A stretch of 64,000 bases of DNA from Dehalococcoidia bacterium (GTDB taxonomy: Bacteria; Chloroflexota; Dehalococcoidia; Lucifugimonadales; UBA1123): the NCBI GenBank assembly GCA_965197695.1, contig OZ240222.1:1269588-1333587 (forward strand), read 5' to 3'. Shown piece by piece: positions 27,396 through 36,656 of the stretch. Numbering within the stretch: the stretch's first letter is position 1; every line of letters begins with the position of its first letter. A model generated the notes under the pieces. It was not told the origin of the DNA, searched no databases, and saw only the letters and a list, made by a program, of their open reading frames with translations. A program made the position numbers and the translations under genes.

Positions 27396-27421
27396 GAGCT
27401 TGAGTGTACCAGCCTACGTCT

Positions 27422-27450
27422 TTCGACGCTTGGTCTGGAATGTGTAAAAT
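27422..27450 (+). promoter_or_regulatory. Possible promoter of the ATPase/TOPRIM-like pair
   Basis: TTCGAC (27422-27427), 17-nt spacer, TAAAAT (27445-27450). Confidence 0.25.
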
Positions 27451-27528
27451 GGTTGCTATGGGAAATTAGCATTGATTCCAGCCGCCAAAATCGTTGGGTA
27501 GCCTCGTCTGCCGAAGGAGTGTAGACGA

Positions 27529-28659
27529 ATGAAGCTCTTGAGCCTCACTGTAAGGAACTACCGCAGTCTCCGCGATGCGAGCATTGAGTTGGGCGACCTC
27601 ACATTATTCATTGGGGCCAACGCATCGGGGAAGAGCGCCATACTCGACGCACTCCGATTTCTGAACGAAGCTGTTCAGACACGCGACTTCCGCGCGCCGG
27701 TATTTTCTCGCGGCGGTATCCTCAATCTGGCATGGAAGGGACAGGAGGCAAGCCAGATAGAGTTGATGGTGGCTCTGGAAGACGGAGACAGCCGTTTCGA
27801 GTGGTCTGTACGTCTGATCAGACAGGCGCGTGATTTCCATGTCGAGGAGCAAGTCCACGAAGCTCCTACCGGGTACCCTCCGACCCAGCTACTCAGCGCT
27901 GAGAAGGGCGAGGGCTGGTGGTGGTCTGGCGAGGAGGGGGAACGGGTGATGCTGAAGCAGCCGCCATCCACCTGTGCGCTCGCGGCCGCTTCCGCCGACG
28001 CGTCGTTCCCGGCCCGTGAGGTCGCGGAGTTCATCGGGAGGTGGGGCTTCTTCGACCCGAACCCGTTCTTGCTCCGGCGGGACTGGAACCTTGCGGACTC
28101 TGGCAGGTTCGATCCATACGGGCGGAATCTCGGCGAGACGCTGTACGCTCTCTCAAAATCGTCTCCTGATGTCCTGGAGAAGATCGTCGCGGCAACCCGG
28201 TCGGTGGTGGGCCTTCCATCCAAAATCGAGACCAGGGAGTCTGAGGACCGCTTTTACTTCGTGCAGACTGAACCCGGACTCCAGTTCCCGGTGAACCAGA
28301 TGGGCGTATCCAGCGGGACGCTGCGTATGCTGGCGCTGATGACCGCCCTTCATGGACAACCGGAGACCGCGCTGATCGGCATCGAGGAGCCTGAGAACTA
28401 CATCCACCCAGCCGCTCTGTCCTCTTTCGTGGAGCACATACTTGACGCGCGGGACCGCATCCAATTCATGGTGACCACGCACTCGCCTCTCCTGCTCGAC
28501 TTCCTGAACGACCCTGCGGCCGTGAACGTTGTCAAGCGTGACGACCTGCGGGGCACAGCCGTCTTGAGAGAGTGCGATCCGGACAGTGTGCGAAAAGCTT
28601 TGGAAGCTTCAGGCTTCGGGCTCGGTGAGTACTACGAGACTAGGGGGTTTGGAGGCTGA
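27529..28659 (+). CDS. ABC/AAA-type ATPase (AAA_21/AAA_15-like)
   Basis: Walker A GANASGKS, signature-like VSSGTLRML, Walker B LIGIEEPENYIHP, H-loop VTTHSP. Confidence 0.8.
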   Translation: MKLLSLTVRNYRSLRDASIELGDLTLFIGANASGKSAILDALRFLNEAVQTRDFRAPVFSRGGILNLAWKGQEASQIELMVALEDGDSRFEWSVRLIRQARDFHVEEQVHEAPTGYPPTQLLSAEKGEGWWWSGEEGERVMLKQPPSTCALAAASADASFPAREVAEFIGRWGFFDPNPFLLRRDWNLADSGRFDPYGRNLGETLYALSKSSPDVLEKIVAATRSVVGLPSKIETRESEDRFYFVQTEPGLQFPVNQMGVSSGTLRMLALMTALHGQPETALIGIEEPENYIHPAALSSFVEHILDARDRIQFMVTTHSPLLLDFLNDPAAVNVVKRDDLRGTAVLRECDPDSVRKALEASGFGLGEYYETRGFGG

Positions 28660-28664
28660 CAGAG

Positions 28665-29258
28665 GTGACGAAACATGTGGTGGTCATTGCCTCCGGCGAG
28701 ACCGAGCGCCGAGCGCTTCCTCATCTGCTGGTGCATCTGCGTGATCGCGGCATTGAGGTGAGCGTTCGTATTCCGTCTCGAAACCGGGCGCTAAGCGTCG
28801 AGGTGGCCTACAAACTCATTCGGTCCTCCCTGTACGACATCGGTGGGCTGTCACCGGACAAGTATGTCATTCTTGTAGACCTCGACGATACAGACCCTCG
28901 TAAAGTGTTGGACCCTATAAGATTGGGACTACAGGAGCGTCTTGGCGATCAGTTCGAGCCGAGCGTTCAGTACGCGTATGCGCAGTGGCATCTTGAAGCG
29001 TGGTATTTTGCCGATGCCGCACACTTGAGAGATTACCTCGGAGGTGCCCTGAGGAATGTAGATACTTCACGGCCTGACGAGATTCAGAATCCGAAGCTTC
29101 ATCTGAAGCACTTGCTCAGTAACCGGTTCTACACCGCTCGGGTATCCGAAGAGATTGCAAGGATGCTGGATGCTGAAACCATCGCGGGGCGCAGCCCCAG
29201 CTTCAGCGGATTTCTGGAGGAGGTCAGGAATGGCGCGTCACACACGGCTACAGCCTGA
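28665..29258 (+). CDS. TOPRIM-like small protein (DUF4276-type)
   Basis: GTG start 5 nt after the ATPase stop, with GGAGG 9 nt upstream. Contains VVIASGETERRAL, ILVDLDDTD and HLEAWYFAD, i.e. an E...DxD acidic layout. Confidence 0.55.
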   Translation: MTKHVVVIASGETERRALPHLLVHLRDRGIEVSVRIPSRNRALSVEVAYKLIRSSLYDIGGLSPDKYVILVDLDDTDPRKVLDPIRLGLQERLGDQFEPSVQYAYAQWHLEAWYFADAAHLRDYLGGALRNVDTSRPDEIQNPKLHLKHLLSNRFYTARVSEEIARMLDAETIAGRSPSFSGFLEEVRNGASHTATA

Positions 29259-29282
29259 TAGACACTGAGATTGTCTGCCGGA

Positions 29283-30485
29283 CTACTCCACCACACCATC
29301 GGCGCGCAGAGACTCGATCTCCGCGTCTGAGCAACCAAGATCGCGCAGCACCCCGTCGGTGTGCTGGCCGAGTGTCGGCGCGGGACGCTGAAACCTGCCC
29401 GGCGTCTCGGACAGCTTGATCGGGATTCCGATGTTCTTCACGGAACCGGCCACGGGGTGCTCGGTCTCGACCATCATCTCCCTAGCCCGCACCTGCGGAT
29501 CGTCATACATCTGCGCGAGATCGTAGATCGGGCCGGCGGGGACGTTGGCAGATTCGAGTACGTCGAGCCAGTGCTCGGAAGTCTGTTGCGCGAAGGTACG
29601 TTCCAGGGTGGATACCAGATCGTCCAGGTTGTTCATGCGGTCTTTGGGCTCGGCGAACCTGGCGTCCGACACCAGCTCGTCGCGCCCGATGGCGGCGCAC
29701 AGCCGCTCCCAGTTCGCCTGGTTCGCGGCGCCGATGTTCACGTATCCGTCGGATGTCTCGAACGCCTGGTATGGCGCGGTCAGCCGGTGCGCGCTACCTC
29801 CGGGTCCCGGAGCGTCGCCGGTGGCGAAGTACATTGCCGACTCCCAGAACGTGTAGGCGATTCCGGCTTCGAGCAGCGACGTGTCCACGTGCTGCCCCTG
29901 GCCCGTCCTGAGCCGGTTGATGTACGCGGTCAGGATTCCAAGAGCGGCGAACATCCCCGCGTTGAGGTCGCAGATCGGCACGCCGATCTTGGTCGGCGGA
30001 GCGCCGGGATGACCGGTGACGCTCATCAGTCCGCTCATACCTTGCGTCACAAGGTCGAATCCGCCGCGCCGCGCGTATGGCCCGGTCGCCCCGAATCCTG
30101 AGATCGTGCAGTACACGACTGCCGGATTGATCTCCCGTACCTGCTCGTAACCGAGGCCCATCCGCTCGATCGCGCCGGGTCGAAAGTTCTGGACGAGGAT
30201 GTCCGACTCCCGCGCCATTCGCTGGGCGAGCTCGCGTCCGCGGTCGGCCCTGAGATCCACGACGATGCTGCGCTTGTTCCGGTTGATTCCGAGGAACGCC
30301 GCCGACTCGCCCTCGATGAACGGAGGCCCCATCCTGCGGGCGTCGTCTCCGCCGTTGGGCTTTTCAACCTTGATCACATCCGCGCCCATGTCTCCGAGCA
30401 TCATGGTGCAGTACGGCCCTGCCATGATCTGCGTCAGGTCGAGGACTCGGATCCCGTCAAGGGGCAGCGCCTGCGCCACAATCAT
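29283..30485 (-). CDS. Family III CoA-transferase (CaiB/BaiF)
   Basis: IRVLDLTQIMAGPYCTMMLGDMGADVIKVE N-terminus. Confidence 0.85.
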   Translation of the reverse strand: MIVAQALPLDGIRVLDLTQIMAGPYCTMMLGDMGADVIKVEKPNGGDDARRMGPPFIEGESAAFLGINRNKRSIVVDLRADRGRELAQRMARESDILVQNFRPGAIERMGLGYEQVREINPAVVYCTISGFGATGPYARRGGFDLVTQGMSGLMSVTGHPGAPPTKIGVPICDLNAGMFAALGILTAYINRLRTGQGQHVDTSLLEAGIAYTFWESAMYFATGDAPGPGGSAHRLTAPYQAFETSDGYVNIGAANQANWERLCAAIGRDELVSDARFAEPKDRMNNLDDLVSTLERTFAQQTSEHWLDVLESANVPAGPIYDLAQMYDDPQVRAREMMVETEHPVAGSVKNIGIPIKLSETPGRFQRPAPTLGQHTDGVLRDLGCSDAEIESLRADGVVE

Positions 30486-31279
30486 CGCCCCCTGAACCGG
30501 GGAGGACGCCGCTCGAGGAACGCCGCGCGTCCCTCGTGGAAGTCCTCGCTGTCGAAGTTGGCGAACGGCAGATGTTCCTCATCCTCGGTCAGAAACTCCA
30601 CCGCGGGATTGTCCAGGACCGTCTGGAGTATCCGCTTGTGCCTGGCCTGCGACAGAGGGGCCAGCGGGACCATCTCTCTGGCGAGGCCATACGCGACCTC
30701 GGAGACCTCGTCCACCGGAACAACCTGAGTGACCAGGCCGATCCGGTGAGCCTCGTTGGCGTCGATCAGACGCGCCGAAAGCAGAATGTACGAAGCGTTG
30801 CCCGGCCCGACGAGCCGCACGAGCCGGCGCATCTCCTTGTATCCGACCAGTATTCCCAACCGGGCCACGGGTATTCCGAACCGGCTGTTGTCGGCGGCAA
30901 TGCGGATGTCGGTCGCGGTGGACAGCTCGCACCCTCCACCGACACAGAATCCCTTTATCAGCGAGATGGTGGGCTTGGACATCGCCTCGATCGCGTCCAT
31001 GGCTCCGTCGAAAGCCTCGGAATAGACCTTGGCCATGGTAGAGCTGTTTCTGTAGGTCTCGAAGTCCTTGATGTCCGCGCCCGCCGAGAACGCGCCGTCT
31101 CCGGCCCCGGTGAAGACCACGACTTTGACGTCGTCGTCGTCCTCGAGGTCCAGCGCGATCCTTCTGAGCTCCAGCCATCCGTGGTAGCTGATGGCGTTGC
31201 GCTGGTCGGGACGGTTGAACGTGACAGTGGCGATACCGTCCTGTGAGGTTACGAGAATGTCGTCGGTCATGGGTTCCAA
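30482..31279 (-). CDS. Enoyl-CoA hydratase/isomerase family protein
   Basis: VVFTGAGDGAFSAGADI and GFCVGGGCEL crotonase motifs. 4-nt overlap with the downstream gene. Confidence 0.85.
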   Translation of the reverse strand: MEPMTDDILVTSQDGIATVTFNRPDQRNAISYHGWLELRRIALDLEDDDDVKVVVFTGAGDGAFSAGADIKDFETYRNSSTMAKVYSEAFDGAMDAIEAMSKPTISLIKGFCVGGGCELSTATDIRIAADNSRFGIPVARLGILVGYKEMRRLVRLVGPGNASYILLSARLIDANEAHRIGLVTQVVPVDEVSEVAYGLAREMVPLAPLSQARHKRILQTVLDNPAVEFLTEDEEHLPFANFDSEDFHEGRAAFLERRPPRFRGR

Positions 31280-31336
31280 TCTGTTTTCATGCGGTGTGGT
31301 GAAGGCCGATGCCGGTCCATGTACTACCCACCCAAT

Positions 31337-31636
31337 TCAACTCTTGATAACTTTCCGACGATCCCTTATTGGCCGAGCGCCCCTGCCTACTCGTTCAGCG
31401 AGGCCGAGAACTGCCTGCCAGTCGCCTGTACGTCCCCATCGAACGATCCCGTCCCTCATTAGCGACTCCAGGGCATCGCCGAACTCCTGTTCCGGGAGAT
31501 TGACCGCCTTGCGTAGGGCATCTATCGTCAACCATTCCCCCCGAGTGTCCGAGAGAGCCAGCAGGATTCGGCGTTCATGGCGGTCGAAGTCTTCAGGGTG
31601 GCTTCTCCAGTCGAGACCCTTCAAGTATGTCGCCAT
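31337..31636 (-). CDS. Hypothetical small winged-helix-like protein
   Basis: 99-aa ORF with a helical core (ILLALSDTRGEWLTIDALRKAV). No motif recognised. Confidence 0.35.
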   Translation of the reverse strand: MATYLKGLDWRSHPEDFDRHERRILLALSDTRGEWLTIDALRKAVNLPEQEFGDALESLMRDGIVRWGRTGDWQAVLGLAERVGRGARPIRDRRKVIKS

Positions 31637-31773
31637 GGTCTTGCTCCTGGTGTAAGCTCAAGCCCCCTGACAGCTTATCTCTTCATCCTTAAACGCGGCG
31701 ATAGTTCATAGGCCCACCTCTGCGAATGCCAGACATGACTCAAGGAAGATGAGCGTCGTGTTGGCGCGTTTCA

Positions 31774-32955
31774 TCAATCAGCGCAGTCCGGCAGCCACCC
31801 CCACGGACGAGGACCCCACTCCGCGGTGAAGACCTCACCGGCCTTGACGGTGAGTACCGGGGTCAGGGCCTTTTCGCCTCTGATACTTCCGCCTTCGGTG
31901 TCGTGGAACAGCCAGCTTCCGGTGTGCTCTTGCAGTACACTGATATCCGCCTCGCGCCCGACGGCCAGGCTGCCGAGATTACCCTCCATGTCCAGCGCGG
32001 AGGCGGGATTGGCGGTAGCCATGCGGATAACGTCTTCCAGGGTGAATCCGAGCGCCATGAATCTTGACAGCATCTCGACCATGCTGTGGACGGTGTTCAG
32101 CCGTCCCGGAATGGTCAGATCGGTGCTGATGGAGCGCGGCGCTACACCCTGGTCGAGCGCCGACTTCGCCACGTCGAAGCTGAAGTTCTGTCGGCCGTGC
32201 GCGGTGTCGAGGAACACTCCCCGCTCCTGCGCCTCCATGATCTCCGGGATCACCTTGCCGTCGTCGTCCAGAATGCGGCCCGCGTTGCCGCTGAACAGGT
32301 GTGTGATGATGTCGCCTGAATCCAACAGCGGGAGCAGACCGCGCGTAATGGTCGGCCCGTCGCTGATGCCGCGGTCGCCGATATGCACCATGAGCCGGAC
32401 TCCGCCATCGACCGCCGCCTGCTTGGCGAGCCGGATCATCTCCACGCCCAAAACAGGCACGGCCGGCCCCACGGCACGCACCTTGACCCCCTGTATCAGG
32501 GGCTTGTTCGCCTCGATCACCCGGACCGTCTCCTCCAGGTCGATATCATCCCGGTCCGCTATCTCGGGCCGAAAGTTGAGACCGGCGCGAGAGATGTGCA
32601 GCATACACACGATGCGCGTCCTGGCGTTGGGGACGACGTGCCGCGGGAATCCGCCGAACGTATAGCATCCCGCGCTGCCCGCGTCCACGACCGTCGTGAC
32701 ACCCGCGTACACACCGGCGAGGTCGGGATCGACGGCGGTCTGGTTGACACCGTGGTAAACGTGCGTGTGCAGATCGACCAGTCCCGGAACGACCAGCTTG
32801 CCGCTCACGTCTATGACGCGCGTGTCAGGCCCGGGACTGATGGTTGGGGCCGCCTCGGAGATGGCGCCATCCTGGACCGCGAGATCCATACGCGCGTCGA
32901 TACCTTGTGACGGGTCCAGAACCCGTCCCCCTTTGAGCAGCAGATCGGTCATCAC
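31774..32955 (-). CDS. Amidohydrolase family metallohydrolase (dihydroorotase/deacetylase-like)
   Basis: PGLVDLHTHVYHG metal-binding motif, with downstream His and Asp residues. Confidence 0.8.
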   Translation of the reverse strand: MMTDLLLKGGRVLDPSQGIDARMDLAVQDGAISEAAPTISPGPDTRVIDVSGKLVVPGLVDLHTHVYHGVNQTAVDPDLAGVYAGVTTVVDAGSAGCYTFGGFPRHVVPNARTRIVCMLHISRAGLNFRPEIADRDDIDLEETVRVIEANKPLIQGVKVRAVGPAVPVLGVEMIRLAKQAAVDGGVRLMVHIGDRGISDGPTITRGLLPLLDSGDIITHLFSGNAGRILDDDGKVIPEIMEAQERGVFLDTAHGRQNFSFDVAKSALDQGVAPRSISTDLTIPGRLNTVHSMVEMLSRFMALGFTLEDVIRMATANPASALDMEGNLGSLAVGREADISVLQEHTGSWLFHDTEGGSIRGEKALTPVLTVKAGEVFTAEWGPRPWGWLPDCAD

Positions 32956-33237
32956 AGTGAACCTCCGGGGTGTGTTTGAAACTTGGATCGCAGGGCCGAT
33001 GGTACATCAGCGTTCTGAGGGGGCGCAACGAAACACGAGGCGCCCAAATCCACCGCCTAGATGTTGAGAGAGGCATGAGGGACCTTCAGAATGGGTTGGA
33101 GGAGAAGTCCAGTCGGTGGTCATGGGGTACATCTGGGACGGTTACCCCGGGTGCCGCGTTGTTGTGAAGACGCGGGCCGTCAGCTATCCTAAAACAACGA
33201 CTCGTTCGAGCCCACACAGACACGGCGGTGAGACCAC

Positions 33238-33591
33238 ATGACATCTTCAGCAAGTTTGGACCGGTTCCGGGGATCGCTCGCCATCCCCAGCGAGACTGAA
33301 CGCCGCGACGTCACAGTCGAATTCGACAAGGCCGGCGGCTCTGTCACGCTGAGATTCGACGAACCGGTAGCCGGCTCAGCCGAGTGGCACGGTGTGGAAG
33401 TCGTGATGATGGACCGCCCGAAGTACCATGAGGTCCAGTTCTTCACCGTGGACCTGCCCAAGGAGACCGTCCGGCTCATCTGGAAGATGAATGAGTCCAA
33501 GCTGGACAACACGATCGCCGGGGTGGTAGTCGCGCGGCCCAACAATGTGCGCGTGAGAGGTGAAAAGGGCTACATCCTCACCAGGCTCTGA
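33238..33591 (+). CDS. Hypothetical protein
   Basis: 117-aa ORF with coding-like composition. No motif recognised. Confidence 0.35.
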   Translation: MTSSASLDRFRGSLAIPSETERRDVTVEFDKAGGSVTLRFDEPVAGSAEWHGVEVVMMDRPKYHEVQFFTVDLPKETVRLIWKMNESKLDNTIAGVVVARPNNVRVRGEKGYILTRL

Positions 33592-33656
33592 CGCGGGGTA
33601 GGATAGGTTTGCGGCCCCATAGAGTTGGCTGAACCGGCGGACTGAACAGAACTCTG

Positions 33657-33685
33657 TTGCCGCCGTGTATCTGGGCCGCTACAAT
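33657..33685 (+). promoter_or_regulatory. Putative tRNA-Ser promoter
   Basis: TTGCCG (33657-33662), 17-nt spacer, TACAAT (33680-33685), 47 nt upstream of the tRNA. Confidence 0.35.
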
Positions 33686-33732
33686 TTCAGTATCGCGCCG
33701 ATGCGGGCGCTCACCTCGGCGGCGCGATACAC

Positions 33733-33823
33733 GGAGGGGTGGCCGAGCGGACGAAGGCACCTGTCTTGAAAACAGGCATACGTTAAGCGCGTATCGCGGG
33801 TTCGAATCCCGCCCCCTCCGCCA
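33733..33823 (+). tRNA. tRNA-Ser (anticodon UGA), CCA encoded
   Basis: GGAGGGG...CCCCTCC acceptor stem. Anticodon arm CCTGT-CTTGAAA-ACAGG. Long variable arm. T-loop GGTTCGAATCC. Confidence 0.9.
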
Positions 33824-33888
33824 ACACTCCCCAGCTTTCATGAGCGTATGAGGGAGACTGGACTGCGCGTAGAGCGATCCGAGTGCGG

Positions 33889-34113
33889 TCAGGCGCCTGG
33901 TGTCTTCTGCACTTCGATGGGATCCTGGGACGCCTTGCCGTGGGTCTTGCGCCAATGGCGAACCAGCTCAGGATCGACTTCGATGGCTGGTTTGGCGCGC
34001 GCGAACCATGGGTCGTCCAACTCAGGAGCATCCGGGTCGGCGGCGATGCCCGCGTTGATAGCCGCGTCCTCTTCAGGCGTGGGGCTAACATGGGTTGCCT
34101 TAAGTCTGGGCAT
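33889..34113 (-). CDS. brnA: BrnA-type antitoxin
   Basis: 74 aa starting at MPRLK. EEDAAINAGIAADPDAPELDD...AKP resembles BrnA/DUF4415-like antitoxins. The ATG overlaps the end of the brnT-like frame. Confidence 0.55.
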   Translation of the reverse strand: MPRLKATHVSPTPEEDAAINAGIAADPDAPELDDPWFARAKPAIEVDPELVRHWRKTHGKASQDPIEVQKTPGA

Positions 34114-34360
34114 AACGTCCCACCTCTCTCCTGTTGGCCTTGCGCAGGCTGATGATGCGGCGATTGTCGTCCCGCTTGGTATAGACCACATACAGGAGTC
34201 GGTCCCCGATGTAACCGACTCCTGTATAGCGAGTTTCTCCTTGTCGGAGACTTCGCCCGACAACAGCGGTGTCCCACTCGAACGCATAGATGGCGGTGAA
34301 GTCAACCCTGTGTTTGGCTCGATTGGAAAGTCGCTTGGCTTCATCCTACTCGTACTCCAC
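34100..34360 (-). pseudogene. brnT: BrnT-type (DUF497) toxin with premature stop
   Basis: By-hand translation: V-E-Y-E-*-DEAKRLSNRAKHRVDFTAIYAF...LLYVVYTKRDDNRRIISLRKANRREVGRY. TAG at 34346-34348 replaces the Trp of the EWD motif. Confidence 0.55.
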
Positions 34361-34478
34361 GTGACGAAGTGTACCATGAAACTTCGATATGGGATCCTGA
34401 GACATAAGCTAGCCATCCGTCGCTTCCTGGGATAACCTGAGAGCGCCGTCGAGTCCAACGAGATCAGGGAGGTTACAA

Positions 34479-36278
34479 ATGGCAGCGTTCACAACTCGTC
34501 CAATCATCATGGGTCGCCGGGGTGTGGTCACTTCGGGCCACTACCTCGTGTCTTCGGTTGGGCTGAGGATACTGATGGGCGGAGGCAACGCCATAGACGC
34601 AGCTGCCGCAATGGGCATATGCGAGACGCTCATCGAGCCCCAGAGCTGCGGCATCGGCGGTGAGGTCCCGACGCTGATCTACTCCGCCAGGGAGGGCAAG
34701 ACCTTCGCGATCTCAGGGATGGGCTGGTCTCCGAAAGCGTTCACCATCGACTGGTGCCGCGAGAACGGGATCGACCTGATTCCCGGGGACGGTTACCTGC
34801 CGGCCTGCGTTCCCGCCGTCGTGGGCACGTGGGCAGCCGCGCTGGCCCGATTCGGCACGCTGAGCTTCTCCGAGGTACTGCAACCGACGGTCGAGCTGGC
34901 CGAGGACGGATTCCCGGTCTATGAGAGCCTGCACTTGCGCGTCGCGGAGAGTGTGCGAAAGTTCACCGATCTCTACCCGACAACCGGCGAGGTGTACTGC
35001 CCGGAGGGTCGCGCCCCACAGGTGGGAGAGATCTTCCGCAACCCTGACTTCGGCGCCATGCTGCGAATAATGTGCCGAGCCGAGAAAGAGGCGAAGGGCA
35101 AGGGCAGAGTGGCCGGGATCGAGGCAGCCAGGGATGCGTTCTACAAGGGCGAGATCGCCGAGAAGATCGTCACGTTCATCAACGATAACCCCGTCGAGGA
35201 CGCGAGCGGAGAGGACCACGCTGGGCTTCTCACGTATGAGGACTTTGCCGAATGGGACGCGGACGTCGAGGAGCCGGCGTCGCTGAGCTACAAGGGCTAC
35301 GACGTCCACAAGTGCTCGTCGTGGACACAGGGGCCGGTGTTCTTGCAGCACCTGGCGATCTTGCAAGGCGTGGACATCGCCGGACTCGGGCACAACTCGG
35401 CGGACTACCTCCACACCTGGGTGGAGTCGGCCAAGCTTGCATTCGCGGACCGTGAGGCATACTACGGCGACACCAAATTCGACGATGTCCCGTTCGACGC
35501 GCTGCTCTCGGAAGGGTACGGCAGCCAGCGAGCGGGGCAGATCGGGGCCTCGGCGTCGCTGGAGTTGAGACCCGGCGACGTTGGGAACGGGATTCCCAAG
35601 TACACGGCGATCACCGTCGGCGACGATAACCGCCGCTCACTTGGAATAGATGCCCGCGAGGTCAGGGACCTGGGCATCGGCCACGCGCACATCGGGGACA
35701 CTACGCATCTGGACGCGATGGACGCTGAGGGCAACATGGTCGCCGCGACGCCGAGCGGCGGCTGGATAGGCACGTCCCCGGTGGTACCCGGTCTGGGTTT
35801 CCCGCTTGGCACGCGGGGGCAGATGTTCTACCTGAATCCCGAGCGTCCCAACGCGCTCCAGCCGCGCAAGCGTCCACGGGCGACGCTTACTCCAACCGTC
35901 GTCACAAAAGACGGGCGTCCGTTCATGGCGTTCGGGACTCCGGGCGGCGACTCGCAGGAGCAGTGGACACTCCAGTTCTTTCTGAATCACATGGAGTTCG
36001 GGATGGACCTGCAACAGGCGCTCGACGCGCCGACTGTGCATACGACACACTTCCCATCGTCGTTCTATCCGCGTGAGGCGTTCCCCGGTCGGGTCGTAGC
36101 CGAGTCGCGTATTCCCGCCGAGACGATCGCCGCGCTCCGGGAACGCGGCCACGACGTCGAGCTAACAGGTCCGTGGGCCAACGGGAAGGTGCTTGGAATA
36201 CGCTACGACGAGCACACGAAGGTGATCTCGGGCGCCGCATCGCCCAAGAACAACATAGGGTACGCGATGGGGTGGTAG
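34479..36278 (+). CDS. ggt: Gamma-glutamyltransferase family protein
   Basis: The autoprocessing Thr context (IGDTTHLDAMDAEGNMVAATPSGGW) and GTPGGDSQ motif. Confidence 0.85.
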   Translation: MAAFTTRPIIMGRRGVVTSGHYLVSSVGLRILMGGGNAIDAAAAMGICETLIEPQSCGIGGEVPTLIYSAREGKTFAISGMGWSPKAFTIDWCRENGIDLIPGDGYLPACVPAVVGTWAAALARFGTLSFSEVLQPTVELAEDGFPVYESLHLRVAESVRKFTDLYPTTGEVYCPEGRAPQVGEIFRNPDFGAMLRIMCRAEKEAKGKGRVAGIEAARDAFYKGEIAEKIVTFINDNPVEDASGEDHAGLLTYEDFAEWDADVEEPASLSYKGYDVHKCSSWTQGPVFLQHLAILQGVDIAGLGHNSADYLHTWVESAKLAFADREAYYGDTKFDDVPFDALLSEGYGSQRAGQIGASASLELRPGDVGNGIPKYTAITVGDDNRRSLGIDAREVRDLGIGHAHIGDTTHLDAMDAEGNMVAATPSGGWIGTSPVVPGLGFPLGTRGQMFYLNPERPNALQPRKRPRATLTPTVVTKDGRPFMAFGTPGGDSQEQWTLQFFLNHMEFGMDLQQALDAPTVHTTHFPSSFYPREAFPGRVVAESRIPAETIAALRERGHDVELTGPWANGKVLGIRYDEHTKVISGAASPKNNIGYAMGW

Positions 36279-36371
36279 AGGGATAGTGATTGGTGGTCGG
36301 TGGTAGTGGGGCGGGGCAACTCGCTCCTCGCAATCAGGAAGCCCGATTTCGTTCACGTCACCGTGAGGGGA

Positions 36372-36448
36372 TGGCGACCCCGACCGGATTCGAACCGGTG
36401 ATCTCTGCCTTGACAGGGCAGTATGTTAAGCCACTACACCACGGGGCC
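36372..36448 (-). tRNA. tRNA-Asp (anticodon GUC), CCA encoded
   Basis: Reverse complement: GGCCCCG...CGGGGTC acceptor stem. Anticodon arm CTGCC-CTGTCAA-GGCAG. T-loop GGTTCGAATCC. Confidence 0.9.
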
Positions 36449-36656
36449 GCGCGGGTATGAATTCTACCGTGGAGCCGCGTTGCCGGTCAACGGCAGTGAC
36501 GCCAGGCTTGGGCTAAGCCAGGCCGGAATTCGAAGATGGACTCTGTTATACTTGTGCGCCAAATAACATCCACTCACGTCTGCCGTCGACAATGCCTGAC
36601 AGCGGGCCCAAGCGCAACAACCGAGGCTCCCGTTCGCCTCAGTCGTTGGTCCCAGG

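Noticed and set aside
34346-34348. In-frame stops in the brnT-like (TAG), hicB-like (TAG 59507-59509) and small HicB-like (TGA 63331-63333) frames as possible recoding (pyrrolysine, selenocysteine or suppression).
   Set aside because: No SECIS-like or PYLIS-like context or pyl/sel genes are seen. All other genes use TAG and TGA as ordinary stops. Single transitions (TGG to TAG, CAG to TAG) in dispensable toxin-antitoxin genes fit pseudogenisation.
36281-36310. GTGATTGGTGGTCGGTGGTAGTG after ggt resembles the GTGAATGGTGAATGGCGGTCGGTGA part of the 23123-23246 hairpin, suggesting a repeat family.
   Set aside because: Only about 18 matching nt with a gap. This is too short to distinguish from chance without a genome-wide count.
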